A stretch of 64,000 nt of DNA from a bacterium (GTDB lineage Bacteria > Hinthialibacterota > Hinthialibacteria > Hinthialibacterales > Hinthialibacteraceae), in NCBI GenBank assembly GCA_963663405.2, contig CAXXSM010000004.1:29450-93449 (forward strand). The letters run 5' to 3'. The stretch's first letter is position 1; the number at the start of each line of letters is the position of its first letter. Below the pieces are notes generated by a model. That model searched no databases and was not told the DNA's origin. It was given only the letters and a program-made list of their open reading frames with translations. Shown here in pieces: positions 40,722 to 50,488 of the stretch. Both the position numbers and the translations under genes were made by a program.

Positions 40722-41192
40722 ATGGGTACCTGTGTCCAAAATCCATCCTGCTTCGCCCTGTTTGATCCCATCGCTCCGGAATGCGCGAGCTGTGGCATAC
40801 AAACCAATTGTATGCGTGAACAAGAAAGACGCCTTGGCGATTGTGATTCAAAACAACCGCAGCAGAGCGTCGAAACGACGCCAACATCGAATCAAAGCTT
40901 AAAACCGAAAAGAAAGGAGAAAATCCAAACCAAGATTCCAAGCCAAACCGGAGATGAGCAATACATCCCCGAACATACTCGCAAACCATTGGAAATCCCG
41001 CCGGTTGGCTCCACGATTCAAACCACCTACCGTGGTAAAACCTACGAAGCGATCATCGTGGACGATCCATCCAACAAACGCTGCGATGGCCGATCCATCC
41101 TGTTCAACGGAACCGTCTATCGAACACTGACCGCCGCCGCGCACGCCATTGCGCCTGGAATCAATTCTGGATCGGTCTGGCAAGAAATCTAA
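40722..41192 (+). CDS. Cys-motif plus RAMA/DUF2924-like protein, paralog of 10105
   Basis: As copy 1. Confidence 0.78.
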   Translation: MGTCVQNPSCFALFDPIAPECASCGIQTNCMREQERRLGDCDSKQPQQSVETTPTSNQSLKPKRKEKIQTKIPSQTGDEQYIPEHTRKPLEIPPVGSTIQTTYRGKTYEAIIVDDPSNKRCDGRSILFNGTVYRTLTAAAHAIAPGINSGSVWQEI

Positions 41193-41215
41193 AAAAAACC
41201 AGAAAGGAAAACACC

Positions 41216-41566
41216 ATGAATAATAACGGCAGTAAAACAGCTAACGCAAAATCAAACCGAAACGTCGGCCGTGGATTACGTGACATCCTGACCGAACAAT
41301 CGATCTTCGACAGCCATTTCAACGATCTTCAAGAGCATGTTAAAGCCGCCCGGATCGGCGCGGCGATTCTCGAACTGATCGATATCGTCGAAGCCAAATA
41401 TCAACCGGTCATCTTCAAAAGCGTCACCGCCTATCGCGCTGTAGCTCAGGAAGAATCCACCGAAGAAATCGGACGAAAACTTAACGATCTGGAACGTCAA
41501 CGTATCCATCGTGAAACGGAATGTCAGAAACCGAAACGGCGATGGTATTTTCTATTCTTACGGTAG
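41216..41566 (+). CDS. GRGL-motif hypothetical protein, paralog of 10594
   Basis: As copy 1. Confidence 0.85.
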   Translation: MNNNGSKTANAKSNRNVGRGLRDILTEQSIFDSHFNDLQEHVKAARIGAAILELIDIVEAKYQPVIFKSVTAYRAVAQEESTEEIGRKLNDLERQRIHRETECQKPKRRWYFLFLR

Positions 41567-41585
41567 GATTGATTGCGATGAATTG

Positions 41586-41608
41586 AAGGGGAGAAATCCC
41601 CTTTTTTT
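41586..41608 (+). terminator. Terminator ending module copy 2
   Basis: AAGGGGA-GAAA-TCCCCTT + T run. Confidence 0.75.
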
Positions 41609-41747
41609 AAGGAATTATCTTCCATATTGAAAATTATTAGTGGACATAATCCAGCTGGATTCTCTGAATTATTTCATGCTTTTACTTACTTCGATGAGAT
41701 CCTCCAGCCAACTGGTCCAACGGTGGCCAGTTAGCCGGAGGATACAA

Positions 41748-42596
41748 ATGAAACCAAACCAAAATACCAAAGATCGGATCCAACAAAGCCGGAAAATCAT
41801 CCAGGAGACCATCGCCAAATTGGGGGAACAGCTGGAGAAAGGATACTCCATTGAGATGACTCGATACCTGAAAACCATGGCGCTTTTCCATGCGTACTCC
41901 ACCTCCAATCAGTTTCTCATTTTGGCCCAGCGCCCCGAAGCCACGCAAGTCGCCGGATTTCAAACCTGGAAACGCCTCCATCGATCCATTAAACGCGGCG
42001 AAAAAGCCATCCGCATCCTCGCTCCGGTTTGCTACAAGAAGAAAACAACTTCAACACAGTCAAAAGAAACAAAGCAAGAAGACTCGAAAGAGCCAGTCGA
42101 GGAAGACCTAATATATTCCTTCCGCACGGTCTGTGTTTTCGATCAAGCACAGACGTATGGCGCAAAACTACCGGAACCGTTTCGGGCACAAGGTGAAGCG
42201 AGGCAATGTCTTTCCATGCTGGAGCAAACTGTCCGAAGAAATGGAATCCAACTTGATTATGGATACACAGGCCGGGCGTACGGCTATTCCAAAAAAGGAT
42301 CCATTACGATCAAAAAGGGGATGAATTCCGCGGAAACCTTCGCTGTGCTCGCGCATGAGTTTGCCCATGAATTGCTTCATCAAAGACAAACGTCCAACGA
42401 TTCCTGCTCGTTGCGTGAATTGGAAGCTGAAGCCGTCGCCTGTGTTGTCTGTGAACGGTTCAGCGTACAGGCTATCCAAGCGTCGTCCGATTACATCCGT
42501 CTCTGGGAAGGTGACAAAACCAAGCTACTCAATCGTCTGGAGAAGATCCGCCGATGCGCATCCACAATCATTACTCAGATCGAATCTCTCACATAA
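41748..42596 (+). CDS. ardC: ArdC-like ssDNA-binding / metallopeptidase antirestriction protein
   Basis: FHAYS..NQ.LI..Q.P.ATQVAGF..W......IKRGEKAIRI.AP; VFD..QT.G; HEFAH; ELEAE; GGAGG RBS. Confidence 0.85.
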   Translation: MKPNQNTKDRIQQSRKIIQETIAKLGEQLEKGYSIEMTRYLKTMALFHAYSTSNQFLILAQRPEATQVAGFQTWKRLHRSIKRGEKAIRILAPVCYKKKTTSTQSKETKQEDSKEPVEEDLIYSFRTVCVFDQAQTYGAKLPEPFRAQGEARQCLSMLEQTVRRNGIQLDYGYTGRAYGYSKKGSITIKKGMNSAETFAVLAHEFAHELLHQRQTSNDSCSLRELEAEAVACVVCERFSVQAIQASSDYIRLWEGDKTKLLNRLEKIRRCASTIITQIESLT

Positions 42597-42840
42597 AAGG
42601 GGAAGAATTTACACTACGCAGGGATTGATTGAAAATCAATTGTCACATGCAGTGGTTGGTCGTGAATCTTGGAATCATTCAACGGATTCTTCCGAATGGA
42701 GGTATTCCAAGATTCTATTTATCCTAGACTGGAATAGGCTCTATAGAACGTCAATCGAAATGTAAAAGGCAAATACTCCTGGAATCACTGAAATCGGATT
42801 CTCTTTCCGCAATGCTTCACTCCAATGACTTTATTTTCCC

Positions 42841-44823
42841 TTATTTTACAAAATCTTGGACTTGTTTCACTTTGATGGGGATCTTTGTATTCGTTTCCTC
42901 AATCACTTTTAATATCTGATTCTGCGCCTCTGAATTGGTGGTTAGAATAAAAATACCTCGATAATCTCCCGCTAGATTTTTACGAATATTTTCCCGCCAA
43001 TTTGATTTTCCCGTTTCGATCTCTACTGCGATTCTCTGGCCATTCTTTTCCGCCACAAGATCGGTATATCCATGGCCGGATTCTTCTTTCGTTACAGTCC
43101 AACCCAAATGAACGAATTGTTGCGCGGCTTTCTCTTTCCAAAATTCATGTTCCAGACTGCCCCAACGAGATTTATCCGGAACATCAAGATCCATATTTCG
43201 TAGACAGACTCTGCCCTTTGGCGTTAATCCCAACAGAACCGTTTTCCCGCTGTGTGTCCGTATCTCTTCCGGTACGATCAATCCTTTTTCGATGCATGAT
43301 TCCCGAATTACGTTTCCTTTCCGGCGGCTTAGATGAAGATGCCGGTACCGTTCCACCGCGCCAAACAGTGGATTCTGAAACACATTGATTAAAAAGGTTT
43401 TTTCATTCTCATTCAATTCAACAGTGGTAGCATCCTCATCACCATTTACGATCTCATCATAATCAGCATAGGGATTCAGGATATTCCGTTCTACCATGTG
43501 CTGCGCCAAAGCGGTATCGTTCACCGAACCTTTAGGGATTTTTCGATGGGGAATCGAGATCTCAAATGGTTGCAGCCAACGCCCCTGGAGTTTGACGACT
43601 GCTCGACCGATTGGCAGCCGGCCCAATAATTCCCGCTCTTCATTGTCAATCAGCATCGCCCCTCCCGCCGCGTTGACATCGGACCGGTGTTTCAGATTCA
43701 TGCAAATCGTGGCGTAGGTGTTACCCATCGCGGGAATCGAGATCAAACTCGGATGCTGATCCACCAATACGATCCCTTCTCCCAGTTCCCGGATTTCACG
43801 GAGAATGGTGTCTGTGATCGCTTCACCGCCGCTTCCGGCGCCGGATCGTTTCAATAAAATATGATGGGCTTCCTCGATGATCATGGCGTGTTTGAAGGTC
43901 TCCCGGTCCGGCTGCGTCAAACGATAATGATGAATCCAAAGCAAGAGAGACTCGATCGTGAACGTTTTATCCGCATTCGTCAGGCTATCCAATTCCAAAA
44001 TTACATTTTGGTTTAAGAGATCCCCCACATTCGATTGAACGCTGGTGTTCATCACGTTTCCCATATGCCCAAAACAGATCGATCGAACACCCCGCAGGGC
44101 GGAATCCATCCATTGCGCTTTTCGCCCTTTGACTGGATGTTTTTCGAGCCATTCCAGAACATCTTGAAAGGTTGGATATTTAGGTGGATTTCCTTTGTAC
44201 ACATTGAAGGAGTGATACACCGCATCGATCGCTTCCTGGAGAAGATACATGACGCCTTCTCCCAAGTAGTAGGAGTGAGCGATAATCTCGATCATTTTTT
44301 TGAGCCAAACCGCCGCGCTGGTTCCTTCCGGAGGAATCAGTGGATTGAACGCGAAGGGAACGGTCTGCCCTCCAACTGTATAAACCAAGATTTCATCCTT
44401 CCGCACGGATAAAAGATCCCGGTAATTCCGCTTCCAGTCAAACAAAAGGAACGGCTTTTTTTGATCCAGCAAACTCTCCAGAAGGACAAACACCGTATTG
44501 GTTTTTCCCGCTCCCGACCGGCCAAAGATCGCTGTATGTTGAATCAGTTCATCTTCCCGCAGCCCAAATGCATGAAGCGGCCGATCGCAATAGACCACCG
44601 AACCGAGGTTATATTGGCCAAATGCTTTATCCGCTGGCGGCGCGGATAAATGAACATCAGGAACCTGAACGTTCACGCCCAGGTGTTGAGCGGCTAACAA
44701 CTGTAACGCGATCTCCAATTCCTGTTTCCCGCGATTGTCCTCGGCCAGATAGGCCAACCACAATCGATCCGCTCGATCGCCTAACACGGGTTTCAGCTTC
44801 CGGCATAATTCATAAACCTCCAT
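42841..44823 (-). CDS. HerA/VirB4/TrwB-like P-loop ATPase with C-terminal winged helix and PD-(D/E)xK-like domain
   Basis: HTAIFGRSGAGKT, FDWK, FNPL, IIEEAH, REIRELG...DQHPS; YTDLV...IAVEIETG; AGGTGAT RBS. Confidence 0.88.
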   Translation of the reverse strand: MEVYELCRKLKPVLGDRADRLWLAYLAEDNRGKQELEIALQLLAAQHLGVNVQVPDVHLSAPPADKAFGQYNLGSVVYCDRPLHAFGLREDELIQHTAIFGRSGAGKTNTVFVLLESLLDQKKPFLLFDWKRNYRDLLSVRKDEILVYTVGGQTVPFAFNPLIPPEGTSAAVWLKKMIEIIAHSYYLGEGVMYLLQEAIDAVYHSFNVYKGNPPKYPTFQDVLEWLEKHPVKGRKAQWMDSALRGVRSICFGHMGNVMNTSVQSNVGDLLNQNVILELDSLTNADKTFTIESLLLWIHHYRLTQPDRETFKHAMIIEEAHHILLKRSGAGSGGEAITDTILREIRELGEGIVLVDQHPSLISIPAMGNTYATICMNLKHRSDVNAAGGAMLIDNEERELLGRLPIGRAVVKLQGRWLQPFEISIPHRKIPKGSVNDTALAQHMVERNILNPYADYDEIVNGDEDATTVELNENEKTFLINVFQNPLFGAVERYRHLHLSRRKGNVIRESCIEKGLIVPEEIRTHSGKTVLLGLTPKGRVCLRNMDLDVPDKSRWGSLEHEFWKEKAAQQFVHLGWTVTKEESGHGYTDLVAEKNGQRIAVEIETGKSNWRENIRKNLAGDYRGIFILTTNSEAQNQILKVIEETNTKIPIKVKQVQDFVK

Positions 44824-44825
44824 TT

Positions 44826-45422
44826 TTATCGATCACCTGACAGCAGATAACCTTTGCGATTCTCCTGGGAAAACTCGCGCATAACTTCGCGTAAATCGCT
44901 TTTTAACCGGGTGATATCTCGCCAGCACGCCACCGATTCCATCCGCTTCTCACGTTCAAACGCAATCATCTCCCGTTCGAGATTGGAGCGCAGTTTATCG
45001 ATGTTGGGATTCAGGCCGATGGGAATGTAGTAGATTTCATACAGTTTCTGGGAGATGTAACAGGAATCCCGATCGATCCGGTAACAGTTCGTATCCCGTA
45101 AATATTCTCGTTCATAAATCATCCCCAAAATATCTTCCACGCTTTTCGATAAAAACGCTTTCTTATCCGCCAGAAAATGGTTGATCGGATCCCTCGTTTT
45201 TTCAGATCGGATTCCATCAGTCAGCGCATCCAGATGAGTGGGGGACAAAACTTTGTCCGAGTCAATCTCTCCAGAGTAAGTTTCCGGTTGTTTAAGGGAC
45301 AAGGATTTAGATTGGGAATAAACCGATGAAGAAGGATTCAAATAATCCGTTCTCGATTCCAAGCCCATATAAGGCGTATGTTGATTGTAGTTTGATTGTC
45401 CGAAATTCAATGTAATCACCAC
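44826..45422 (-). CDS. Hypothetical coiled-coil protein, co-oriented with the ATPase
   Basis: Second copy at 63597-63980; CGTAACA-TTTATATA at 45470-45456. Confidence 0.8.
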   Translation of the reverse strand: MVITLNFGQSNYNQHTPYMGLESRTDYLNPSSSVYSQSKSLSLKQPETYSGEIDSDKVLSPTHLDALTDGIRSEKTRDPINHFLADKKAFLSKSVEDILGMIYEREYLRDTNCYRIDRDSCYISQKLYEIYYIPIGLNPNIDKLRSNLEREMIAFEREKRMESVACWRDITRLKSDLREVMREFSQENRKGYLLSGDR

Positions 45423-45602
45423 GGCTGTTGTTTCTATATAGTGGTGATGAAGTGATATATAAATGTTACGATTTTGAGCCGAAAAATCTACAATCCTCTT
45501 ACAACATAGTATTTTTTTTTTTACTTATTCATGGCTTATATCATAATACCTAAAAATTACAAAATAAGAAGCCATATTTTTTCTATGTTTTGTGATTAAC
45601 AC

Positions 45603-48005
45603 TTAACGCCATCCATTCATACTGTAATAAGTCCACCAATTTTGTCTTTCTTGTATGGCATATCCTGAGATTGTATTACCACTTACTGTTCCAAATATAT
45701 TCCATTCATCTCTATCGCTATCAAATCCAGTAATCACAAAAGAATCTGCATACATTAATCCATAATAATTAGTTCCATCGGGCAATCTCATATCTAAATT
45801 GTTACCTACAGAATTGACATTAACACCGGGTACAGTAAAATACTCTCCTTCATCATTTCCATCTAAACCATTTAACGATAACGTCCAGTTTCCTGAAATA
45901 TTAACATTTGTACCTGGCTGATATTTTTTTCCATTTGCTTTACCCCACCCGTATGTAGAACCATTTTCCCAGGAAATAACACCTTCAAAGTATTCATTGC
46001 TTAAAAATTTAATGCTGAAATTATCATCACCTGACTCACCTTCTCCATAATTTCCTGCAATATAAGCATTGTATACTTTGTTTGTGATAAGATCTTTCAT
46101 AATAAATGATGAAAGATTTCCACTTGTTAGTACTTTTTCAAAACTTAAAAACATCTTACCTTTAGCAAGAATACCTCCAGATGATTTATACATATTTTGA
46201 CTATCTATAATCCATACTCCATCGTAATTATTGGATGGATGAGTAATTTTATGAAAAATGAATGAATAATTATCTTGATCATCTTCTCCTTCATTGTTTG
46301 TATAAGTTCCTAGAATAACAGCGTCTTTTTTTTCTCCAGATAAAAATTGTTTTCCATCAAATGATGTTGCCTCGCAAGAATTTTCATTTACGTTAACATT
46401 ATACTTTGAATTAGTCAAAACATGATACGCAATTAATTCGTTGTTGTTTTGTTCAATATTAAATATTCTACAAAGAAATGTTACGTCATCGCTTTCAAGA
46501 GAATTTTGTTCGTTCATCTCTCCAGCCCATAATCCAATATATTGTTGGTAAATATCAGGCGTTGATGTAGGTGTAGGTGTATTTGGAGGTTTTGGAGTAA
46601 ATGTTAGTGTAGGAATTAATATTGGTGTAAATGTAGGTTCCGGGTGGATTGTATTATTTGGAGTAACTGTTGGTAGTAAATTTTCGTTTCTATTGATATC
46701 CAACAAGATTCTTAAACCACTATATGGATTCTTTGTTCTATTGGATACACTATCTCGTTGTGAACACGTACAAAAAGTGGAATTTGAAAGAAATGATCCA
46801 CCACGTAAAACACAATTTGAACTGGAGTAAAGTGTCGAGGTGATTTCAGAAACATTGCCTAGCATGTCATATAGATTGTTTTGATTGGGTTTCTTTTGAC
46901 CTACTTCGTGTGTTATACCTCTAGAATTTAAATTATACCATGCGTAATCTTCAATCGATTCTCCACTCCAAGAACAAGCGTTTTCCCACTCGGACTCAGT
47001 TGGTAAGCGAAATTTACATGTATCATCAACCAATCTCATAGCGTTGAGGGCACTCACAAATTTATCTGCATCATCAGGTGAAATCCTATTCACAGGATGA
47101 TTAGCGCCTCGGAATTGTGATGGATTACTCCCCATCACCGCTTCCCATTGCGCCTGTGTGATTTCGTATTTCCCCATCCCAATATTGCAGCCAATCTGGA
47201 CCAATTCCAATTTTTTAGCATTGGCTTGAAGGCCAGGAATATCGATTACAGGAGGTATAATGATCGTTGGCTCAGGGATAGGAGTATCCGTCGGTGCTTT
47301 TGTTGGTGAAGGAATCACGGTAGGTACACTTGTGCTTCTAGCCTCTGGTGTAGGAGTTTCACCAACTTTAATATCCTCAGAAGAAATACTAATTAATGAA
47401 GGATCGTTTTCATCTCCATTCAAAAAATCCCCATGGTAATATCGATCAGGAAGAATTGGGTAAATATCCAAGTTATCGATTGAAATTAAGACGCTTTCAG
47501 CCTCACTGGTGTTCACGACTTGGATTAATGGTTGAAAACCTGTCGATGGAGGGACGCAGAACGTGCAAAGCCGTTTATATTGATTTAGGAAAAATCCTCC
47601 ATTATTGGGTGAGTTTGTCGAGATAAATACGTTGGGGCCTTGGTCGATTGTGGCAAGAGTAACCGCCACGTGAGGTTTATTCGTTCGTACGGAACAACGG
47701 ATCATTGCGGCGTAGGGCATATCGAGTTGAGGGCCAATGATCATAACCGTTTCTCCCCCATCAGCCCCGATTAAAACACCATGCCCATCGGTAGCGTCTT
47801 CAAAAGCGTTATCCGTAGCGATGTCCTTAAAAAAAACATCCGCCAATGAATACGTCCCAAACCCTGCCCCCATTATCGTCACGTTATTCTCTTTAGCCGT
47901 AGCCCCAGAAAAATCAAACCGAATCCGCTCCTGCGCATTCCCTAAAACCACGAAACTAAACAATACGAAGACGAAATAAAAACCAGTAATTCTCCGATTT
48001 TTCAT
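45603..48005 (-). CDS. Secreted FGE-sulfatase (SUMF1) domain protein with PT linkers
   Basis: Signal peptide MKNRRITGFYFVFVLF; KYEITQAQW, RLPTESEWE, LYDMLGNV, RGGS. Confidence 0.85.
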   Translation of the reverse strand: MKNRRITGFYFVFVLFSFVVLGNAQERIRFDFSGATAKENNVTIMGAGFGTYSLADVFFKDIATDNAFEDATDGHGVLIGADGGETVMIIGPQLDMPYAAMIRCSVRTNKPHVAVTLATIDQGPNVFISTNSPNNGGFFLNQYKRLCTFCVPPSTGFQPLIQVVNTSEAESVLISIDNLDIYPILPDRYYHGDFLNGDENDPSLISISSEDIKVGETPTPEARSTSVPTVIPSPTKAPTDTPIPEPTIIIPPVIDIPGLQANAKKLELVQIGCNIGMGKYEITQAQWEAVMGSNPSQFRGANHPVNRISPDDADKFVSALNAMRLVDDTCKFRLPTESEWENACSWSGESIEDYAWYNLNSRGITHEVGQKKPNQNNLYDMLGNVSEITSTLYSSSNCVLRGGSFLSNSTFCTCSQRDSVSNRTKNPYSGLRILLDINRNENLLPTVTPNNTIHPEPTFTPILIPTLTFTPKPPNTPTPTSTPDIYQQYIGLWAGEMNEQNSLESDDVTFLCRIFNIEQNNNELIAYHVLTNSKYNVNVNENSCEATSFDGKQFLSGEKKDAVILGTYTNNEGEDDQDNYSFIFHKITHPSNNYDGVWIIDSQNMYKSSGGILAKGKMFLSFEKVLTSGNLSSFIMKDLITNKVYNAYIAGNYGEGESGDDNFSIKFLSNEYFEGVISWENGSTYGWGKANGKKYQPGTNVNISGNWTLSLNGLDGNDEGEYFTVPGVNVNSVGNNLDMRLPDGTNYYGLMYADSFVITGFDSDRDEWNIFGTVSGNTISGYAIQERQNWWTYYSMNGWR

Positions 48006-48137
48006 GATGAATCCTTTCAGCGCGTAGTTTTTAAAATGATTTTGACTTTGTATATGAATTACAATAATTAAGTCGCTTTGCCTGAAATTTCTGGTCACTT
48101 CTTCCCGCTTTTTTTTTAAAAAGATGGAGGAAACATC

Positions 48138-48548
48138 ATGACTCAAAAAATCGATTCGAAAGACTTGAAATTGGCGTACTTGATTGCGGAATACCGGCTT
48201 TTGACGGTCAAGCAAATCGCCGTCCTGGAAGGCGCCCATGTTCGGACTGTCCGCAGGCGGATGTCGAAATTGTTTTGCTTGGATTACGTGATTGAAAGAA
48301 AGCGAGTTGTACGCGGGCAGTCAGGGCGGCCGGAATTCATTTATTCTCTCTCCCAGAAAGGCGTTCAACGGCTGCACGAAAAAGGCGCATTGGAAGAAGA
48401 ACATTCGTATGATAAACGAATTCTCAATCAGGGTTTGGGCGCCCCTATCTGGATCCAGGATGATGGTTCCCTTGCTAATCGAGTGTCGATCCTAGGCCGC
48501 CAGTTCGCATTGAAAGACTCAAGCATACTATCCCGCATGAAAGACTGA
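48138..48548 (+). pseudogene. N-terminal fragment of a Replic_Relax-like winged-helix protein
   Basis: D...LIAEYRLLTVKQIA.L...RTVRRRMSKL...IYSLS.KG; only 136 aa, no nuclease-like half seen; GGAGG RBS. Confidence 0.6.
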
Positions 48549-48561
48549 AATTCATAAGCCC

Positions 48562-50133
48562 TTATTTGTAATCGTTAAACGGGAAAAAAGAAGAAGGATT
48601 GCCGTATTCAATAATGGTGAGACTCTGGTTGGTATTTTGATCGATCAAATAGACTTCGGGGTATCCATCCTGATTCGCGTCCCCAAAAACAGCGGTTTTA
48701 TAGGATGGAGGAATTGGAATGGAGGTTTTTTCATTCAGATCTGTATCCAGGACAATCAATTCAAACTCACCCGAGGCATTACTTATAACAACAATATCAT
48801 ACTCACCGCCGCCATCCATATCCGCCGCCCCAATCAGTTCTAATTGCACGATGGAATTGTCGGATAATTCCACAATTTTACTCTGGCCATTTTGGATATT
48901 GTATTGGATTAAATGGGGAAGTTCGTAAATTCGTGTGTAAATCCTATCGCTATGGGGTGGAGCGATGATATGCTCAAACGATAATCCCTCATCGGCTTGA
49001 AATTCATAAATTGTCTCTCCTGTCTCTAAATCAAAAATGCGTAATCCTCCAGCGGATAGCGGATCCCAAGCGCGAACGATATGCCATAAATCTACGGCAA
49101 GGTATCTATTCTGAGAGTCTTGGATAATTGCTGAGTTGATGGAACAGTAATCCGCGTTTTTTGAATACCAGCGTAATTGGAGCGCGTCTTCGTTCAGCGA
49201 TCCATCATAGTTCAAACAGATACTATAACCTTCTTTGTCGGTTACGACCTTTTCATCCAAGATTTCACTTACATTAATCTCATTTCCATCTTCATCGTAT
49301 TGAATCTCTCCATTGATCCGTATCCAATTATCAGGAGTGTGAGACCAAAGCGTCATCAATATTTCATCGGTTTCCGTTTTCAGCAATGAAATCATCCGTG
49401 TGCTTGTGGCCGTATGAAATTGCGCCTCCAGCTGACCGCTTTCAACGTTGTATATATTGATCGATCTTGGTTTGTAATCCTCATGACCGGCCGACATGTA
49501 CGCGGCCATTTTCCATTGATCCGTTTGGTCCTTAAATAAAATGGAAGCGCTTTCGCACCCGCTCCACATCCCATCTCCACTCCGGTCTTCAATGGTAATA
49601 CCAGAAAATCGATGAATGACCTTTTTTAAACGGGGAGAAACAATCTGGTAAAATGTTGGTTTGCCATCATAATATGATCCGGGAACGACTGGCAGGACTT
49701 CGCAGAAAATCTCCAATCCAGGTTCGTCATCATAATCCACCAGTTGATTAATCGCATATTCGATTTCAGTATCCTCTTCTGTCAGATGAGGACTCTTTTC
49801 TAATGGAATCTGTTCGTATGATTCATTCGTAAGATCCACGATTAAAATCGAAGGTGGATCATGAATCAACGAAACGAACTCGGTTTTTCCATCTCCAGTG
49901 ACGTCCGCCGTATAGAAAAAGTCTTCTACAGGGAATGGCAATTGGATTGTCCTTTTTGTCAATAGGGTGGCTTTTAGAGAAGGAATATAGTCCGATGAAA
50001 AATACCGAGTCCTTTGGGGATTTCCCCATTGCGTGAGCCATTGGTTAGACGTGTGTGAGTAAGAGACTGTGACGAATAGAAACAAGAACAGAAGACAAGT
50101 CAATCGATTTAGTGAATTCATTTTACTTTCCAA
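48562..50133 (-). CDS. Secreted FG-GAP/VCBS-repeat protein
   Basis: Signal peptide; ADVTGDGKTEF, DYDDEPGLEI, ADMDGGGEYDI, GDANQDGYPEV. Confidence 0.85.
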   Translation of the reverse strand: MESKMNSLNRLTCLLFLFLFVTVSYSHTSNQWLTQWGNPQRTRYFSSDYIPSLKATLLTKRTIQLPFPVEDFFYTADVTGDGKTEFVSLIHDPPSILIVDLTNESYEQIPLEKSPHLTEEDTEIEYAINQLVDYDDEPGLEIFCEVLPVVPGSYYDGKPTFYQIVSPRLKKVIHRFSGITIEDRSGDGMWSGCESASILFKDQTDQWKMAAYMSAGHEDYKPRSINIYNVESGQLEAQFHTATSTRMISLLKTETDEILMTLWSHTPDNWIRINGEIQYDEDGNEINVSEILDEKVVTDKEGYSICLNYDGSLNEDALQLRWYSKNADYCSINSAIIQDSQNRYLAVDLWHIVRAWDPLSAGGLRIFDLETGETIYEFQADEGLSFEHIIAPPHSDRIYTRIYELPHLIQYNIQNGQSKIVELSDNSIVQLELIGAADMDGGGEYDIVVISNASGEFELIVLDTDLNEKTSIPIPPSYKTAVFGDANQDGYPEVYLIDQNTNQSLTIIEYGNPSSFFPFNDYK

Positions 50134-50488
50134 ATTTTCAATATGATGAATTATTCTATAAAATTATTGAACAAATGAATAATTGCTAAGGAAATTCAAT
50201 AATCGCTTTCTCCCGTATTCAATCCAATGAGAATGCAAGAAAAGATTTATACGTTTTTTTGATTTCGATATTACGAAATCGAACGTTTTTTAGATGAATC
50301 GATCCCATACAAAAACTATAGACTTTTTTCATATCATTAGTAAAGTGTTACGAAACGTTAAATGGAGAATGAAGATATTTCTTCCATCCTTCTTTTTATG
50401 GGTGATAATTAAACATTTTGATGACCAAATGTACGTGAAATACCGACTATACTAAAGAAAACCATTTTGAATTCGATATTGACTCCGA

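Larger units (their letters stand above)
34240..41566 (+). repeat. Seven-gene module, copy 2, with a 2.2-kb internal insertion
   Basis: Collinear with 5807-10944. Confidence 0.95.

Noticed and set aside
48006-48239. N-terminal extension of the 878-aa ORF
   Set aside because: Overlaps the opposite-strand gene; the signal peptide starts at ATG 48005.
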